Made by a program: the position numbers and the translations under genes. From NCBI GenBank assembly GCA_000004985.1, contig GG738882.1: a stretch of DNA of 64,000 bases; one strand, written 5' to 3'. The first letter of the stretch is position 1; every line of letters starts with the position of its first letter. The notes under the pieces were generated by a model. That model had not been told where the DNA came from, ran no database searches, and was given only the letters and a program-made list of their open reading frames with translations. The stretch is from Naegleria gruberi. Taxonomy: Eukaryota. Positions 1 to 11,887 of this stretch are shown here, piece after piece.

Positions 1-2162
1 TTTATAAATGGTAAAATTCTATAATACATATGGATTGGATTAAATACTGAACTATTTAATAATTCAACATTTCTTTCAGTTTCAAATTTTAATATATATA
101 GTAAATCTCTTAATTTGGAATTTACAGAATAGGAATTTTCACCATTTCCAATTCTTTTACCTAAATTTATAATTGGTCTTGCACTTGTTTGTTTTGGTAA
201 TAATCGAACACTTGCATAGGGTAAAATTTTATTTTTTAAAATTTCATTCAATTCAAATTTTTCTAATTTTTTAAAAATATTAATTTCATTTGAAATTTGA
301 TTTTTTTCATTTGTAGTATTATGTAAATTATTTAATAAATTATTTTTTTGTTTTAAATGAAATTGACTTATTTTTAAATAATTACTATTTATATTATATT
401 CATTACTAATTATAGAAGCATTATCATAAAATTTATAAAAGGAAACTCTATTTATATATTCCCATGTTTCTCTTCTTAAATATAATAAACGTGTTCTTTG
501 ATGATCACTTTCTGTTATATAAAAATGTGTTGATAATAAAATCATTATTAAATGTTTAAAAATAAATAAAATTAAATTTTGAATCATTTTAGTTTGTTTT
601 TTAAATTTTAAAATATCTATTTTTTTAAAATTATTATTATTATTATTACTATTTATATTATTATTACTATTTATATTCTTTGTATTATTTATATTATTAT
701 TATTAAAAAAATTAAAATCATTAATTTTAATTTCTAACATTAATTCATGTAAAGTAATACTTTCAAATCTTCCAAGTTTAACAATTTTATCAATATTTCC
801 AAATATAACATTCATATTATGTTCACTTCCAAATAAAGATTTTGGAATTAATTTTTTTAAAATTGATTTTAAAAATTTAGAAATTGCAAATGAAGAATGT
901 GTCATTTGAATTAAATTTTCAAATTGTTCACTTGAATTTAAAAATATTTCACTTTCTATAATTGGAGTTATGCATTCATCTGATAGTGAGGAAGAATTTG
1001 AATCTTCATCTTCTTGTTGTGTGCAAAGTAAATCTTCAAATTTGTTTGTTAAATTTTTACCTTCATTTATAATTTTTTTTAATTTTTTATAAATTATTGG
1101 TTGTTCTTGATCATTTATGGAAATTTTATCATTAATTAATTTCCTTTTTTGGATTGGTTTGAGTGGACAATATAAACTTAATATATATGGTAATGATTTT
1201 AATTTCTTTTGATTATTTTTAAATTCTAATAAAATTTCTAATAAATTTCCAAATCCTTTTAAATTTTGTTTTTTTGGTAATTCTTTAGAATTATAAAAAA
1301 TAAAATTAAATAATTTTTTAGCTCCATTTATATCATTACTTGTTATATTTAATATATCTAAATTATTTTTAAAAAAATTAAAGTATTAAATAAATTAATT
1401 TATAATTTATAACAACTTACGTTTTTGTGGAAAACCCAAAATTGGATTTTTCTTATTTGAATATAAAATCATTTGTCTAGGTAAATAAATATTTGTACAT
1501 TTTCTATCAAGTTGATTATTTTTTTCAACAACTTTTTCCAAATCAATCCATTCATTATTTAAATTTTCATCATCTTTCATTTCATCATTTTCATCCAAAT
1601 TAGTATTAGAATTATTTTTACTATTTTCTAATAATTCCAATTCAATAGTATCTATATTAATGCTATCAATATTTTCATTTTTTTCTAATATTAAATTATT
1701 AAATAAATTGTAATCAGTTTTCATTAATTTTTTAATTGAATCTGTTTGAATTAAATTTGTACAAAATTTACAAATTGGAATTCCAGTAATTTGTAAAAAA
1801 CAATTTCTAGGTAATAATTTAATGACAATACAATGTTGTAAAATATATTTCATCATACAATCACCAATAATAAATAATAAATTTTCCCAATCTTTTCCTT
1901 TTACAATATCAATTACTGAATTTGGATAATAAGATTGAATTGTTGTCATGTGTGAAATTCCATCAGATGCATTTGGTCTAATTTTACTAAATCCACTACA
2001 TAATACATGATTAGGCTTATTTTCAATTCTAAAATTTGATTCTATTATTAAATCTACAATTTCACTTAATTTTGTTTGTTGTTTAAAAATTATTGAATTT
2101 TGTAATTTTAAATTATTTAAAGTATTATTTAAATTATTATTTGAAATATTTTCATCATTCAT
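1..2162 (-). CDS. TERT: Telomerase reverse transcriptase, 5' part (TEN/GQ domain, Asn-rich linker, TRBD T-motif, RT motif 1). The rest of the gene lies beyond the window start. One 53-nt intron at 1368-1420 (GTAAGT..TTTAG).
   Basis: ORF 1407-2162 matches the hTERT TEN domain: NHVLCSGF..SYYPNSV..LLFIIGDCMMKYILQHC vs NVLAFGFALL..SYLPNTV..LLRRVGDDVLVHLLARC. My downstream minus-strand translation gives HFYITESDHQRTRLLYLRREKKW (T motif FFYVTE..FYRKSVW) and VRLLPKQTSARPIINL (motif 1, LRFIPKPDGLRPIVNM). Start ATG at 2162; an in-frame stop lies upstream at 2375. Confidence 0.8.
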
Positions 2163-2407
2163 TGATAGAGATTTTATAAAATTTTCGTGATAATCAATAA
2201 AAACATTTTCTAAATTTGGAGCATTTGGTGGAATGACAATAAAATACTTGCTAAAATTTGAAATATCTCTTGTGGATAGATATTTTAATTTTTGTTTTAA
2301 AAAACAACTATAATCATCATATTTAACAAATAATTCTTCAATAAATTCTATTAAATTCTTCCACTGATTTGGAAATATTAAATTAAATATTGAATTATAT
2401 TCTTGAA

Positions 2408-2863
2408 NNNNNNNNNNNNNNNNNNNNNNNNNNNNNNNNNNNNNNNNNNNNNNNNNNNNNNNNNNNNNNNNNNNNNNNNNNNNNNNNNNNNNNNNNNNNN
2501 NNNNNNNNNNNNNNNNNNNNNNNNNNNNNNNNNNNNNNNNNNNNNNNNNNNNNNNNNNNNNNNNNNNNNNNNNNNNNNNNNNNNNNNNNNNNNNNNNNNN
2601 NNNNNNNNNNNNNNNNNNNNNNNNNNNNNNNNNNNNNNNNNNNNNNNNNNNNNNNNNNNNNNNNNNNNNNNNNNNNNNNNNNNNNNNNNNNNNNNNNNNN
2701 NNNNNNNNNNNNNNNNNNNNNNNNNNNNNNNNNNNNNNNNNNNNNNNNNNNNNNNNNNNNNNNNNNNNNNNNNNNNNNNNNNNNNNNNNNNNNNNNNNNN
2801 NNNNNNNNNNNNNNNNNNNNNNNNNNNNNNNNNNNNNNNNNNNNNNNNNNNNNNNNNNNNNNN
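2408..2863. other. Assembly gap (run of 456 N)
   Basis: Literal N characters in the sequence. The X-filled ORFs in the track across this interval are artefacts. Confidence 0.99.
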
Positions 2864-2914
2864 TTTTTCAAAATTCAAATCCGGAATATGTTATTCAATT
2901 TATATATCAAGAAT

Positions 2915-4274
2915 TGGATAAGATGAATTTAAATCATACTATAATGGCAATAGAAGAGGAAACTAATATTAAGAGTATGTTGTTTAATGTTAATAGTTTT
3001 ATATTGATAATATGAAATATTAATAAATAGGAAAAGAAGAAAATCAAGTTGTAACATCATCTGTATTTAGTAAGGAATTAAACAATGTTCTTGATGGTAT
3101 TTCGGAATATATTAAAAATCCACCAATTCCAATTCAGCATGTTGATAATTCAGATACAAAAGTTAAATCAATTTCTCAATTATTAGAAGAATTTATGAAG
3201 AGTAGTGATGAATTGTTTTTACGATGTTTTGTTTCCTGTTTTACCTTGTTCATTTCACATGATGAATTGATTGAGGAAATTTCAACAAATCTAGACAAGT
3301 GTTTTTATTTGGGTATGAAAATAAGTTATTGGATTGGAAGTTATGAAGATTTGCTGTTCGATCATAATATTAAGGATCAATTTGAAAAATTGTTATATTG
3401 TTTGGAGAAGACTGGGAAATTAGATCTTGAATCGTGTGAAACAATACGAATGATGCTTAATGGTTTGATAACAGTTGGAGGAACTAGTAAGATTCTATTC
3501 TATGCTCCAGACACTTTTGACATTCTGAGTAATAATATTGATTTTTATGATATTCCAAATGTTGAAATTGCCAGACAAATTACATTACAAGATCAAGCAA
3601 TGTTATTATCTTTGAAACCCCATGAACTCTACCTTATTGATTCATGTTGGGAAGCCACAACGGTAATTAATCGATATTCAAAATTATCTCAATGGATATG
3701 TGATATGGTTGGAGATGAAACTCATATTTATGCAAAAGAATTAGAAAAGATAATTAGTATTGCGGAGGTTTGTATTGAAACTGTTTTTAATTATTGACGC
3801 GCAAAGAATTTAAAATTATTCAATAATTATTGGAGTTTATACGCAGTTCTTGAAGGAATTACAAACGCATTGGAATCTGTAAAGGATACTAGAACTGTTC
3901 CAGATTTTCTTTTGAAAAGATTAAATACTTTGAAAAAGACAAGATTTAAAATGGTAAAGGCAAGATTTTTAGATAGTCCAATAATTCCATTCTAGTATGT
4001 ATTTTGAGTTCAATATGTTCTAACATTATACAGCACACCATACTTTAAATGTTTAAAAGAAATTGTACCACAAAATGACATATCTTCCTACTTATTCCAA
4101 TCAGAAGATGAAGTAAAGATGATCAAATGGGACAAAATTGAGAAGGTATTCGAAGTTATTTATGAATTACAAAGATATCAAAGACAAGTGAAAAAGACAC
4201 CATATCCTTTTCGTTCACATTTCAGAATTCAAAATATATTAGATAGTTCCATAGATGAAAAAAACAAAATTTAA
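2915..4274 (+). CDS. Ras guanine-nucleotide exchange factor (REM N-terminal domain + CDC25-homology domain), multi-exon
   Basis: ATG at 2915. A GTATGT..AAATAG intron (2966-3030) joins in frame to the 3195-3797 ORF. N-terminal REM-like segment LEEFMKSSDELFLRCFVSCFTLFISHDELIEEI. CDC25 domain start DIPNVEIARQITLQDQAMLLSLKPHELYL..W. Further exons continue to the stop at 4272-4274; I did not resolve all of those splice sites. Confidence 0.65.
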
Positions 4275-5392
4275 AAAAGTTTTTCATTAGCTAAAAGTTG
4301 TTTTTGAACTCTAACAATACTATTTTGCGTAATGAGAGGTATCTTATCTCTTGAAAGCATTTCCTTAACAGGTATTTGAATAGAACTTTCATAAACATCA
4401 AGAATAGTTTCTGGATAAATTGGAAGGAATTGATATTGTAAAGCCATGATTGCATTTCTAGTTCTACAAATAGCTTCTCTTTCCTTAATAGAAATTTGAT
4501 CTATTGTTTCACCTGATGCAATAAAACTATTTGATTCAAAAGGATTACCTGGTTTTGTTGATAATTTTGAAATTGGTCTCGTAACTTCTTCTTCATCACC
4601 TTCAGCTGCAGCTAATAAATCATCTAAATTTGTTGATGATTTTTTAGAATCTGAAGATGTATCCATACCATCTCCATCTGATTTCCCAGAAGATGAAATC
4701 CATAAATAACCATTTTTACCTAAAATAACTCTAACACCAAATGGGAATATATGAAAATGTTGTGTACATCTTTTAACTAGAGATGGATGTACTCTAATCA
4801 TTATACCATTAACTAATTTACCATATCTAGAACTTCTAGTTTGTAATTGTAATGATGATCCATCAGTTCTATGTACTTCAGCTGTAATTAAATCATCTTC
4901 TTGATAAATACTTCTCATATTTAATTGATCTTCATAGGTTTTTCTTCTTTGACCACCTGGAATATTTACAGAATTTAAATCTAACATTGCATCTTGTCTT
5001 GCTTGAACATCAACTTTCCACTTTTTACCTGCTAACTTTGAAATTCTACCAACAATTACATCACCAACTTCAGCATGATATCTAGCACGAACAGGTCTAA
5101 CTGATATTAATTTGTTTACTTGTTCAACTACACCACAAACACTACTAATTAATTGATTCTTTTCATTTCTATATGTTCCATGTCCACACAATACATTACT
5201 ACCATTTTCTACAATCATTTCTCCTGGAGTGACAATATGAATTTCTTTTAATTGTCCCGATGATTGTCCATCTTTTTGAAAAGCAAATCTAATAATTCCA
5301 TCTTCTTCTTCATCATCATCTACCATATTATTATTTTCATCAGATTGATATTCATCACTATATTCATCCTCATCTTCTCTATGTGGTGGCAT
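4271..5392 (-). CDS. RRP4: Exosome complex component Rrp4 (S1 + KH RNA-binding domains)
   Basis: Single 373-aa ORF with acidic N-terminus and an S1 domain (GDVIVGRI..KWKVDV, RRKTYEDQLNMRSIYQEDDLITAEV). Eukaryotic Rrp4-type overall layout. Its stop overlaps the RasGEF stop in a convergent arrangement. Confidence 0.8.
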   Translation of the reverse strand: MPPHREDEDEYSDEYQSDENNNMVDDDEEEDGIIRFAFQKDGQSSGQLKEIHIVTPGEMIVENGSNVLCGHGTYRNEKNQLISSVCGVVEQVNKLISVRPVRARYHAEVGDVIVGRISKLAGKKWKVDVQARQDAMLDLNSVNIPGGQRRKTYEDQLNMRSIYQEDDLITAEVHRTDGSSLQLQTRSSRYGKLVNGIMIRVHPSLVKRCTQHFHIFPFGVRVILGKNGYLWISSSGKSDGDGMDTSSDSKKSSTNLDDLLAAAEGDEEEVTRPISKLSTKPGNPFESNSFIASGETIDQISIKEREAICRTRNAIMALQYQFLPIYPETILDVYESSIQIPVKEMLSRDKIPLITQNSIVRVQKQLLANEKLF

Positions 5393-5568
5393 TTTTTATT
5401 GTTTTTATTGTTGTTGTTTGAAAAATCCAATTAAATTTTGAATACCATCTTCCACAGGCTTTTTCATCAGACATTTATTAAAAAATATTATTTACTATTA
5501 ATAATTGATGAAGGAGACAGTGTTGGATCGGAATGATGATTAGCTATCAAAATCAACAATATTTGTCT

Positions 5569-5844
5569 TTAGATTGGAATCCAATTTTCAATTAAATTAA
5601 CTATGGTCCTTCTTCTATGTTCTTGAACAGGATATTTGCGAACCAAACATTCACCAACCCCAAAATTTGCATCAAATGGTCTTAATTGGACTTTTCGAAC
5701 CAATCGTGTATGTACGGCTGTAAAACTTCGATCGTTACGTTTATTATTCCAAGCGTAAACACTTGAAAAAAATAAGGCTAAATTATCATCATCTACTAAG
5801 ACAAAACTCTCTATCCAATGGAACAATTGAGGAAGGAGTTTCAA
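5569..5844 (-). CDS. Hypothetical small basic protein (91 aa). It overlaps the 5' end of the divergent EF-hand gene, so it is doubtful.
   Basis: The ORF has coding-like composition inside an otherwise 425-nt divergent promoter region. No recognisable motif; the start may be non-ATG. Confidence 0.2.
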   Translation of the reverse strand: MKLLPQLFHWIESFVLVDDDNLALFFSSVYAWNNKRNDRSFTAVHTRLVRKVQLRPFDANFGVGECLVRKYPVQEHRRRTIVNLIENWIPI

Positions 5845-8800
5845 AAGTTAGATTCTAGGAAAGATGGGAAATGCGATCCATCACAATTTAAAAAAGTTTT
5901 ATCAAGATTTGGTGTTACAAGTGGAATTAATAATGTTGTTAAACGATTTAGTAATGAAGGCTTGGTAAATTATAATGATTTTCTTGGATATTTTGAGGAA
6001 TCAAGAACAATAAGAAAGCAGGCGACAATCAAACAAAATGATATAACACCATCTCCTCAACAAACTTCTCCACGACCAATAGAAAAACCAAGCCCTAGCC
6101 AAAAGCCTCAAGTTAAAAAGGTTGAAAACATTGAATCAAAACTATATACTCTTCGTACCAATATTGAAAAGGATTTAAAAAACATTGATAAGAATAATAG
6201 TGGTTCGGTACCTGTTGAAAATTTCAAGAATGTTCTTGGAAAGTGTTTCGAGAATCAAGATGTTATTAAATCCATTGTAGGAAGCGTTTCAAATGGTAAA
6301 ACAGGTATGTATAACAGATCAGAAGAATTTAACAATTTCCTTAGTGAATTATGAGCTGTTTCTCTCTTTAATTTCATCTCCACCTTCATCAGAAATTGTT
6401 TCTTCTACAATAGAGCAAGGTAGCAAGTCTGATAAGAGAGTGTTTAATAATGGATCCAAAATGATGGAACATTTCAAATCTTCGGATCCTTTAAGGTCAG
6501 GTCTTGTTGACGAGACTTACTTTAACAATGTAATTTCCAAATATGTTGATCCATTTAAAGCAGAGAAGTTTCAAGAAAAAGTAGCTCATCATTCTTTTGA
6601 TGGAAAAGTGGACTATAATGCTTTTATGACCAATTTTGCAGAATTAAGCACTGATGAGGAGGAATTAAGAGGTATCAAGTGTTTCCCTAGACCTCCTTCA
6701 TGTATTTTAGATAGCAATATCACATATCCAAACTTGAAAGGATTGGCAACATTCCCGAGAAAAGATTCATTAGGTACTTTATTAAGTACAGACTTACCAA
6801 GTCCTTCAACACAATCAATCAATGATATAACTAAACCATCTCCAACTTACTATTCACGGATTTTTGCACCTCCAGATCCATTTAGAGAATTCGAGCAAAA
6901 AGATATTGTTTTACAATTTTCAGAATATGATGGTTCAGAAGAGGGACCAAAAAAAAGAGGTGTAAGTTTTTATTTTGAAATGTTTTTTATAACATATTTA
7001 GAAAAAAATAAGTCAACCTTTGGAAAGAGATGAAAAGTCTCCTAGAAAGAGACAAATTAGTGGATCAGAAAAGGAATCTGACGATAATCCTTTAAGTATA
7101 TCTTCTGTTCAAACAACATATGAAAAAATAATGGAAACTAAGAAGAAGAACAATGATATGAGGGAAGGATTGAGGAAAGTGAAGGAAGTGTTCAAAAAGA
7201 ATAAGAATATTTCATCATCCCTTACAGAAACTCTTGATGGTATGTAAAATGTTAAAAATGTTGTTTCATTACAATTGTAAAAAGGAATGGGTCAATTAAA
7301 ACCTTCTGATTTGGATAAGTTTTTATCAAAGAATGGAGTAACTTTATCAGAGGATCAATTAACCTTTGTGGTGCAGAAATGTGATAGAAACGGTGATGGA
7401 ATGTTGGACTATTTTGATATTGCCAATAATTTACTTCACGATACATCTCATGTTAATGCTTTTGATAGTCATCTTTCATTGAATGGATCTGTGAAAGATG
7501 GAAGTTTTGAACAATCCCCAGCATCTCCGAGAAAAATACTTAACAAAGCTCAAATACAATCCCCAGACTTTAAGATTGATTCTTCGAAACCAAATCCAAT
7601 GAAAACACTTGAACATATTCAACACGCTATTGCAGATATCGATGAAAATCTTAAAACTCCTGTAAAATTAAAAGAGAGAACTGAAATGGAAACACCAATT
7701 CAAACACCAATCAATCTAACTGATATATTCGACTCACTCAAAGATGTAATTGTACAATCCCCAGTTATTGAAACACCAAAATCTAAAACTGTAGAAACAC
7801 CAAAAACTCAATCAACAATCAAGAAGAAAGAAATCCTATCCACATCAAAGGAAGTAAGAGAGGTGAAGGAAGTTGACAGAGCTCTCGTTAAGAAAATTTC
7901 TGAAAAAATCAAAATTTCAAAAACAATGCAACAAGCTTTCCAATATTTTGATAAGGACAGAGATGGAAATATTACACCTGAGGAATTTTCAAATGGGTTA
8001 TCAAACATGGGATTCACTGTAACAAAATCAGAAGCATCACAAATTATGGGACTTGTTTCATCTGATCCAAAACTATCATATGCCAATTTCTCCAAACTAG
8101 TTGAAGATTCTTACTGGGATAAATTTCCTGAAAGCAAACAAAGAAGTCCTAAATCAACACCAAAGAAAGTAATTAATAGATCTGATGAAATTGTAAACAA
8201 GAAAATAAGATCAGAATTGATGGACTATAGTTCACTTAGACCTGCTCAAATTAGAGAATCAATGAGAACATTTGATAAGGAGAGAAATTCTTGGTTACCT
8301 CCTGATAAGTTTAAAAAAGCTCTCAAGGTAATTAATCCAAATTTATCAGAATGGATGATTGATAGAGCAGTTAGACAAAGTTTGATAGACACTGGGAAGT
8401 GTGATTACAACAAATTCTTTGATAATGTTGGATTTGATTTACCTAGCGACGAGATTGAATTTAGAAATATTCCAAATGTAAGAAATTACAAAAGAGATAC
8501 AATTTTGGATTTGAGTGATGTTCGTGATCCTTTGTTGTGTTTGGAGATTAATAATTTTGGAAGAATAACTAATAATAGTGTAACAATAGGATCTGGAGAA
8601 ATTATTTCACACAATACACCAGTTAAAGGAGATTATCCTCTTGAGAAACATCTCGGTAGAAAGAGTGCAGGTAAACCACTACCTGATACATTCAATGTTT
8701 CAGATATGGAACCACAACAAAATGAACCTCAATCACCAAGAAGACTGTCCATTTCTCAAGAACCATCCACTCCTCAACCATCAAGTCCAAGAACTGGACG

Positions 8801-9672
8801 ATATTCCAGTACTCCACCTCAAAGAAATCCACTTTTTGGTGATGATAATAACACTAGTCAAAAGCCAATTGGAATTAAGGTTGGTTTTGTACCAACTGGA
8901 ACAATTGTGAGCACTTCACAATTAAGAACTAACTATGATAAGAAGGAAAATTTGAATAAGGGTTTAGCCTCATTTGTTTCTGAAAGATTGGAAAGTCCAA
9001 AGAAGGTTATAAGGTCACAAACACCACAAACAGATGTTAAGAGATCATCCAAGAAATTGTACAGTGATATCAAACAGTAAGTGATTATATTTAACATTTT
9101 GAACTAATATTATCAAAAGACAAACTGAAATTAATATTGAAAGAGGAGAAATTGATACCACAACAGCTAGCCCTAGAAGAAGAAACCAAAGCATACCTCC
9201 TCAAGATACAAAGCAAGCAATTTTAAGCAAAGTAGAAGAACATCATAAAACTGCTCGAGATGCATTCAGAAAGATTAGTAGCAGTGGTAAAAACATTGCC
9301 TCTGTTACTATTAATGAAATGCAAAAAGCATTGAAGGACATGAATTTACACATACCAAGCGATGAACTGAAGAAGACTTTTGAAGTTAAAGATAACACTG
9401 AAAAGATTAACTTTGAAAAGTTTGCTTCTGTAATCAAACCTTCACAGATCGAACCAACACCTCAAGAGCCAAGATATGCTTCTCCACCAATGTCTCCTAG
9501 ATCTCAATTAGCTGTACAAAATAGAAACCAACAATCCTCACTGAAAGAATTATTGAACTGGGATTCCAAGAAAGCAGTTACAAATGTTTCCACATCTCCT
9601 TCAAGATCTCAATCAGTTCCTACCAAAAAGGATGTTTTTAGAGGAAGTGGAAATATTATCACTTGGATGTAA
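5818..9672 (+). CDS. Large multi-EF-hand calcium-binding protein with Ser/Pro-rich linkers, about 6 exons
   Basis: Introns verified in frame by hand: 6305-6392 (GTATGT..CAG), one near 6960-7000, one near 7232-7284, and 9079-9122 (GTAAGT..AAAG). Canonical EF-hand loops are present: DKDRDGNITPEEF, DRNGDGMLDYFD, SRKDGKCDPSQF. The 9319-9672 ORF continues in the same frame after the last intron. Confidence 0.6.
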
Positions 9673-9698
9673 TGATAGATAATAAATTATTTATTAGA

Positions 9699-11117
9699 TT
9701 AAATAGTTTGCTTCTTATAACCCTTGAAATGAATCTTGATACGTTTGTAAATATGTTTAACAGCAAAGAATCCACAAGCCAAAGCAATTGTGCCTAAAAC
9801 AAAGACATAGAGCAAAATTTCAATAATTTGCTTTTGGTCTTGAACTGATCTTTCAAAATAGCTTCCCCAATAAATAGTGTATTGGTTATTCAAAACACTT
9901 GCACCCTTTGTCATGTCTCTCACAGAAGATAATCCTAATCTATCCTTTACAGTCATCAATCTAATACCAGATTCAGTTGCCTCAATAATGAATTCATTGC
10001 CATTACCTGAAGCTTCCTTACCAGCATAAACCATTACGTTTGTAACAATGGTGTTTGATTTAAGGAAAATGAGATCACCAACATGGAATCCATTAATAGA
10101 AATTTCAGTGTCAGCTGCATTGAAAATATCTGTCATTGTTCTAGGTATTCTCTTACAATAGGAAACTAAATAAAGTAATTGAACTATACCAGCAGCATCA
10201 AATCCTGTAGATTCCATATAGTCAACATTCATAGATGTTCTACCACCCTTCAAGTATTTTCCTCCAATCATGCTAGAACCAAATTGAGAAATAGCATGCA
10301 AAGTCCAATCAGAAGCATCAGCCAATGGTCTAAGTGTAACAGAGATAAGTGAACGAATTGATTCTTCAAAAGTTTTAGTTTCACTTTCATTGATATATGC
10401 AGATTCTTGAAGAGAATCATATGATTGAGAAGATGACAATGAACCATTTCCTCTAATAATAAAAACAGCTACCCAACCATCATTAGAACTTTCAGAACTT
10501 TGTCTTTTTAAAATTGTACCAAATGAAACTTCGGAAATGATATCAGATTTTGTACAACCTCCATTAGTTTGGTCATTACATTTCTTTTTAAATAATTGAG
10601 AGGATTTAGATTTTACAATAATTAATTTAGAAGCACCATCTGCAACAGTGATAAGTGTAGAATAATCACTCATAGTTGGACAAATTTCTAATAAATTACT
10701 TGATGATGTTATCTTTGTCTTGTCAGTATTTAAAATATAAATATCGGATCTTTTCAAATAGCCCACTGTACCCATTTGAGTAGTATTTGAATAGGTTAAT
10801 TGCATTGGTAAACTAACTTTCATCCATTCTTGTCCATCTGTACCACTAATGGTATTTAAATCATCTCCAATAATAAATAAACATTCTTGATAGTGTATTT
10901 GAGAAATTCTATCAAATGTTGAACCTGCTCCTGAATATACAAAAGCATTTGGACTTGTAGCTATAGCTGCTCCAACAACATTTGAAGGCACCATTGAATT
11001 GGCTCCATATACACTAGTAGTATAGATGATTATCATGATAAACACAAAAAACGACAAAAATTTGGAGGATCCAACAATTTTCCTGCAGGGTTGTTTTGAA
11101 TGTATGGTTGTGCGCAT
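9699..11117 (-). CDS. Type-I membrane protein with signal peptide, extracellular NlpC/P60-like domain (catalytic Cys replaced by Ala) and C-terminal TM anchor
   Basis: N-terminal hydrophobic segment FLSFFVFIMIIIYTTSVYG; C-terminal TM ILLYVFVLGTIALACGFFAV. NlpC/P60 core GFDAAGIVQLLY..IPR..HVGDLIFL..VMVYAG, where the canonical DCSG is DAAG here. True ATG at 11117. Confidence 0.6.
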   Translation of the reverse strand: MRTTIHSKQPCRKIVGSSKFLSFFVFIMIIIYTTSVYGANSMVPSNVVGAAIATSPNAFVYSGAGSTFDRISQIHYQECLFIIGDDLNTISGTDGQEWMKVSLPMQLTYSNTTQMGTVGYLKRSDIYILNTDKTKITSSSNLLEICPTMSDYSTLITVADGASKLIIVKSKSSQLFKKKCNDQTNGGCTKSDIISEVSFGTILKRQSSESSNDGWVAVFIIRGNGSLSSSQSYDSLQESAYINESETKTFEESIRSLISVTLRPLADASDWTLHAISQFGSSMIGGKYLKGGRTSMNVDYMESTGFDAAGIVQLLYLVSYCKRIPRTMTDIFNAADTEISINGFHVGDLIFLKSNTIVTNVMVYAGKEASGNGNEFIIEATESGIRLMTVKDRLGLSSVRDMTKGASVLNNQYTIYWGSYFERSVQDQKQIIEILLYVFVLGTIALACGFFAVKHIYKRIKIHFKGYKKQTI

Positions 11118-11381
11118 TTTTTTTGTTCTCTTGGCGGAATATTATGATCTTTGTGATTTATGCGAAAAATTGCCAGGCTTTGGTTCAACACAACACAACC
11201 AAACAATTCATTTGAAGGTTTCTAATTATCATATTGTATGGCACTACCACATTCTAATGAGGCTTTGATAGTCCGTTCGAATGTACTGCAACTAAATGTC
11301 CAATGCAGACTTAAATTTCATCAAGATTAAAATATTCATCATCATCACATACTTGAAATTATCATTAGGTATTCACCTAGC

Positions 11382-11887
11382 CTAGTTTTTATTATTGGAT
11401 TGTTCGACAGTCTTCTTCAAGTGAGTGTACACTCTCTTCTTGATCCATTCCTTGTCGTGAGGAACATAGGTATTGGTTTTATCATCAAAACTATTATAAT
11501 ATTATCCATCAATCACACAATACAAAAAAGTATTAATCCACCTCTAAATTATTATTTGATGAAGAAGAAGAAACTTACGTTAAACAAGTAAGATCTGTTA
11601 ATCCGTCAACCCACTTTTGCAAGTCAGCAACATTGTAGATAAGTTTACCCTTTGGAGAACTCAACTTCTTAAGATTTCTTTCAAAAAGTCTGACAACACC
11701 ATCAGCCATATCCCCAACAGATTCATAATCAAAATAGGTTCGGGTTTGGGCAGACTTTTCGAATTGAGCAAGGAGTACAGTATGTTGTGATTTCTACAAT
11801 GTGATGATCACGATTTGGAATTTAACATTATCCACACACACAAGATGACGATGATCAGCAATTAATAAAATAATATAAACATACCAT
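11382..11887 (-). CDS. ERH: Enhancer of rudimentary homolog (ERH), 3 exons. The first exon is only the ATG start codon.
   Basis: My spliced translation is M-KSQHTVLLAQFEKSAQTRTYFDYESVGDMADGVVRLFERNLKKLSSPKGKLIYNVADLQKWVDGLTDLTCLT|FDDKTNTYVPHDKEWIKKRVYTHLKK. Human ERH is [54 protein letters not shown]. Introns at 11794-11884 and 11491-11578. Confidence 0.7.

Noticed and set aside
2378-2926. Four long ORFs (both strands) filled with X residues
   Set aside because: They are artefacts of translating the N-run assembly gap (2408-2863) and are not genes.
11026-11591. Plus-strand ORFs 11026-11268 and 11400-11591
   Set aside because: The first overlaps the 5' end of the NlpC/P60-like gene and its promoter. 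The second is antisense to the ERH 3' exon and intron. Neither has motifs and both have non-ATG starts.
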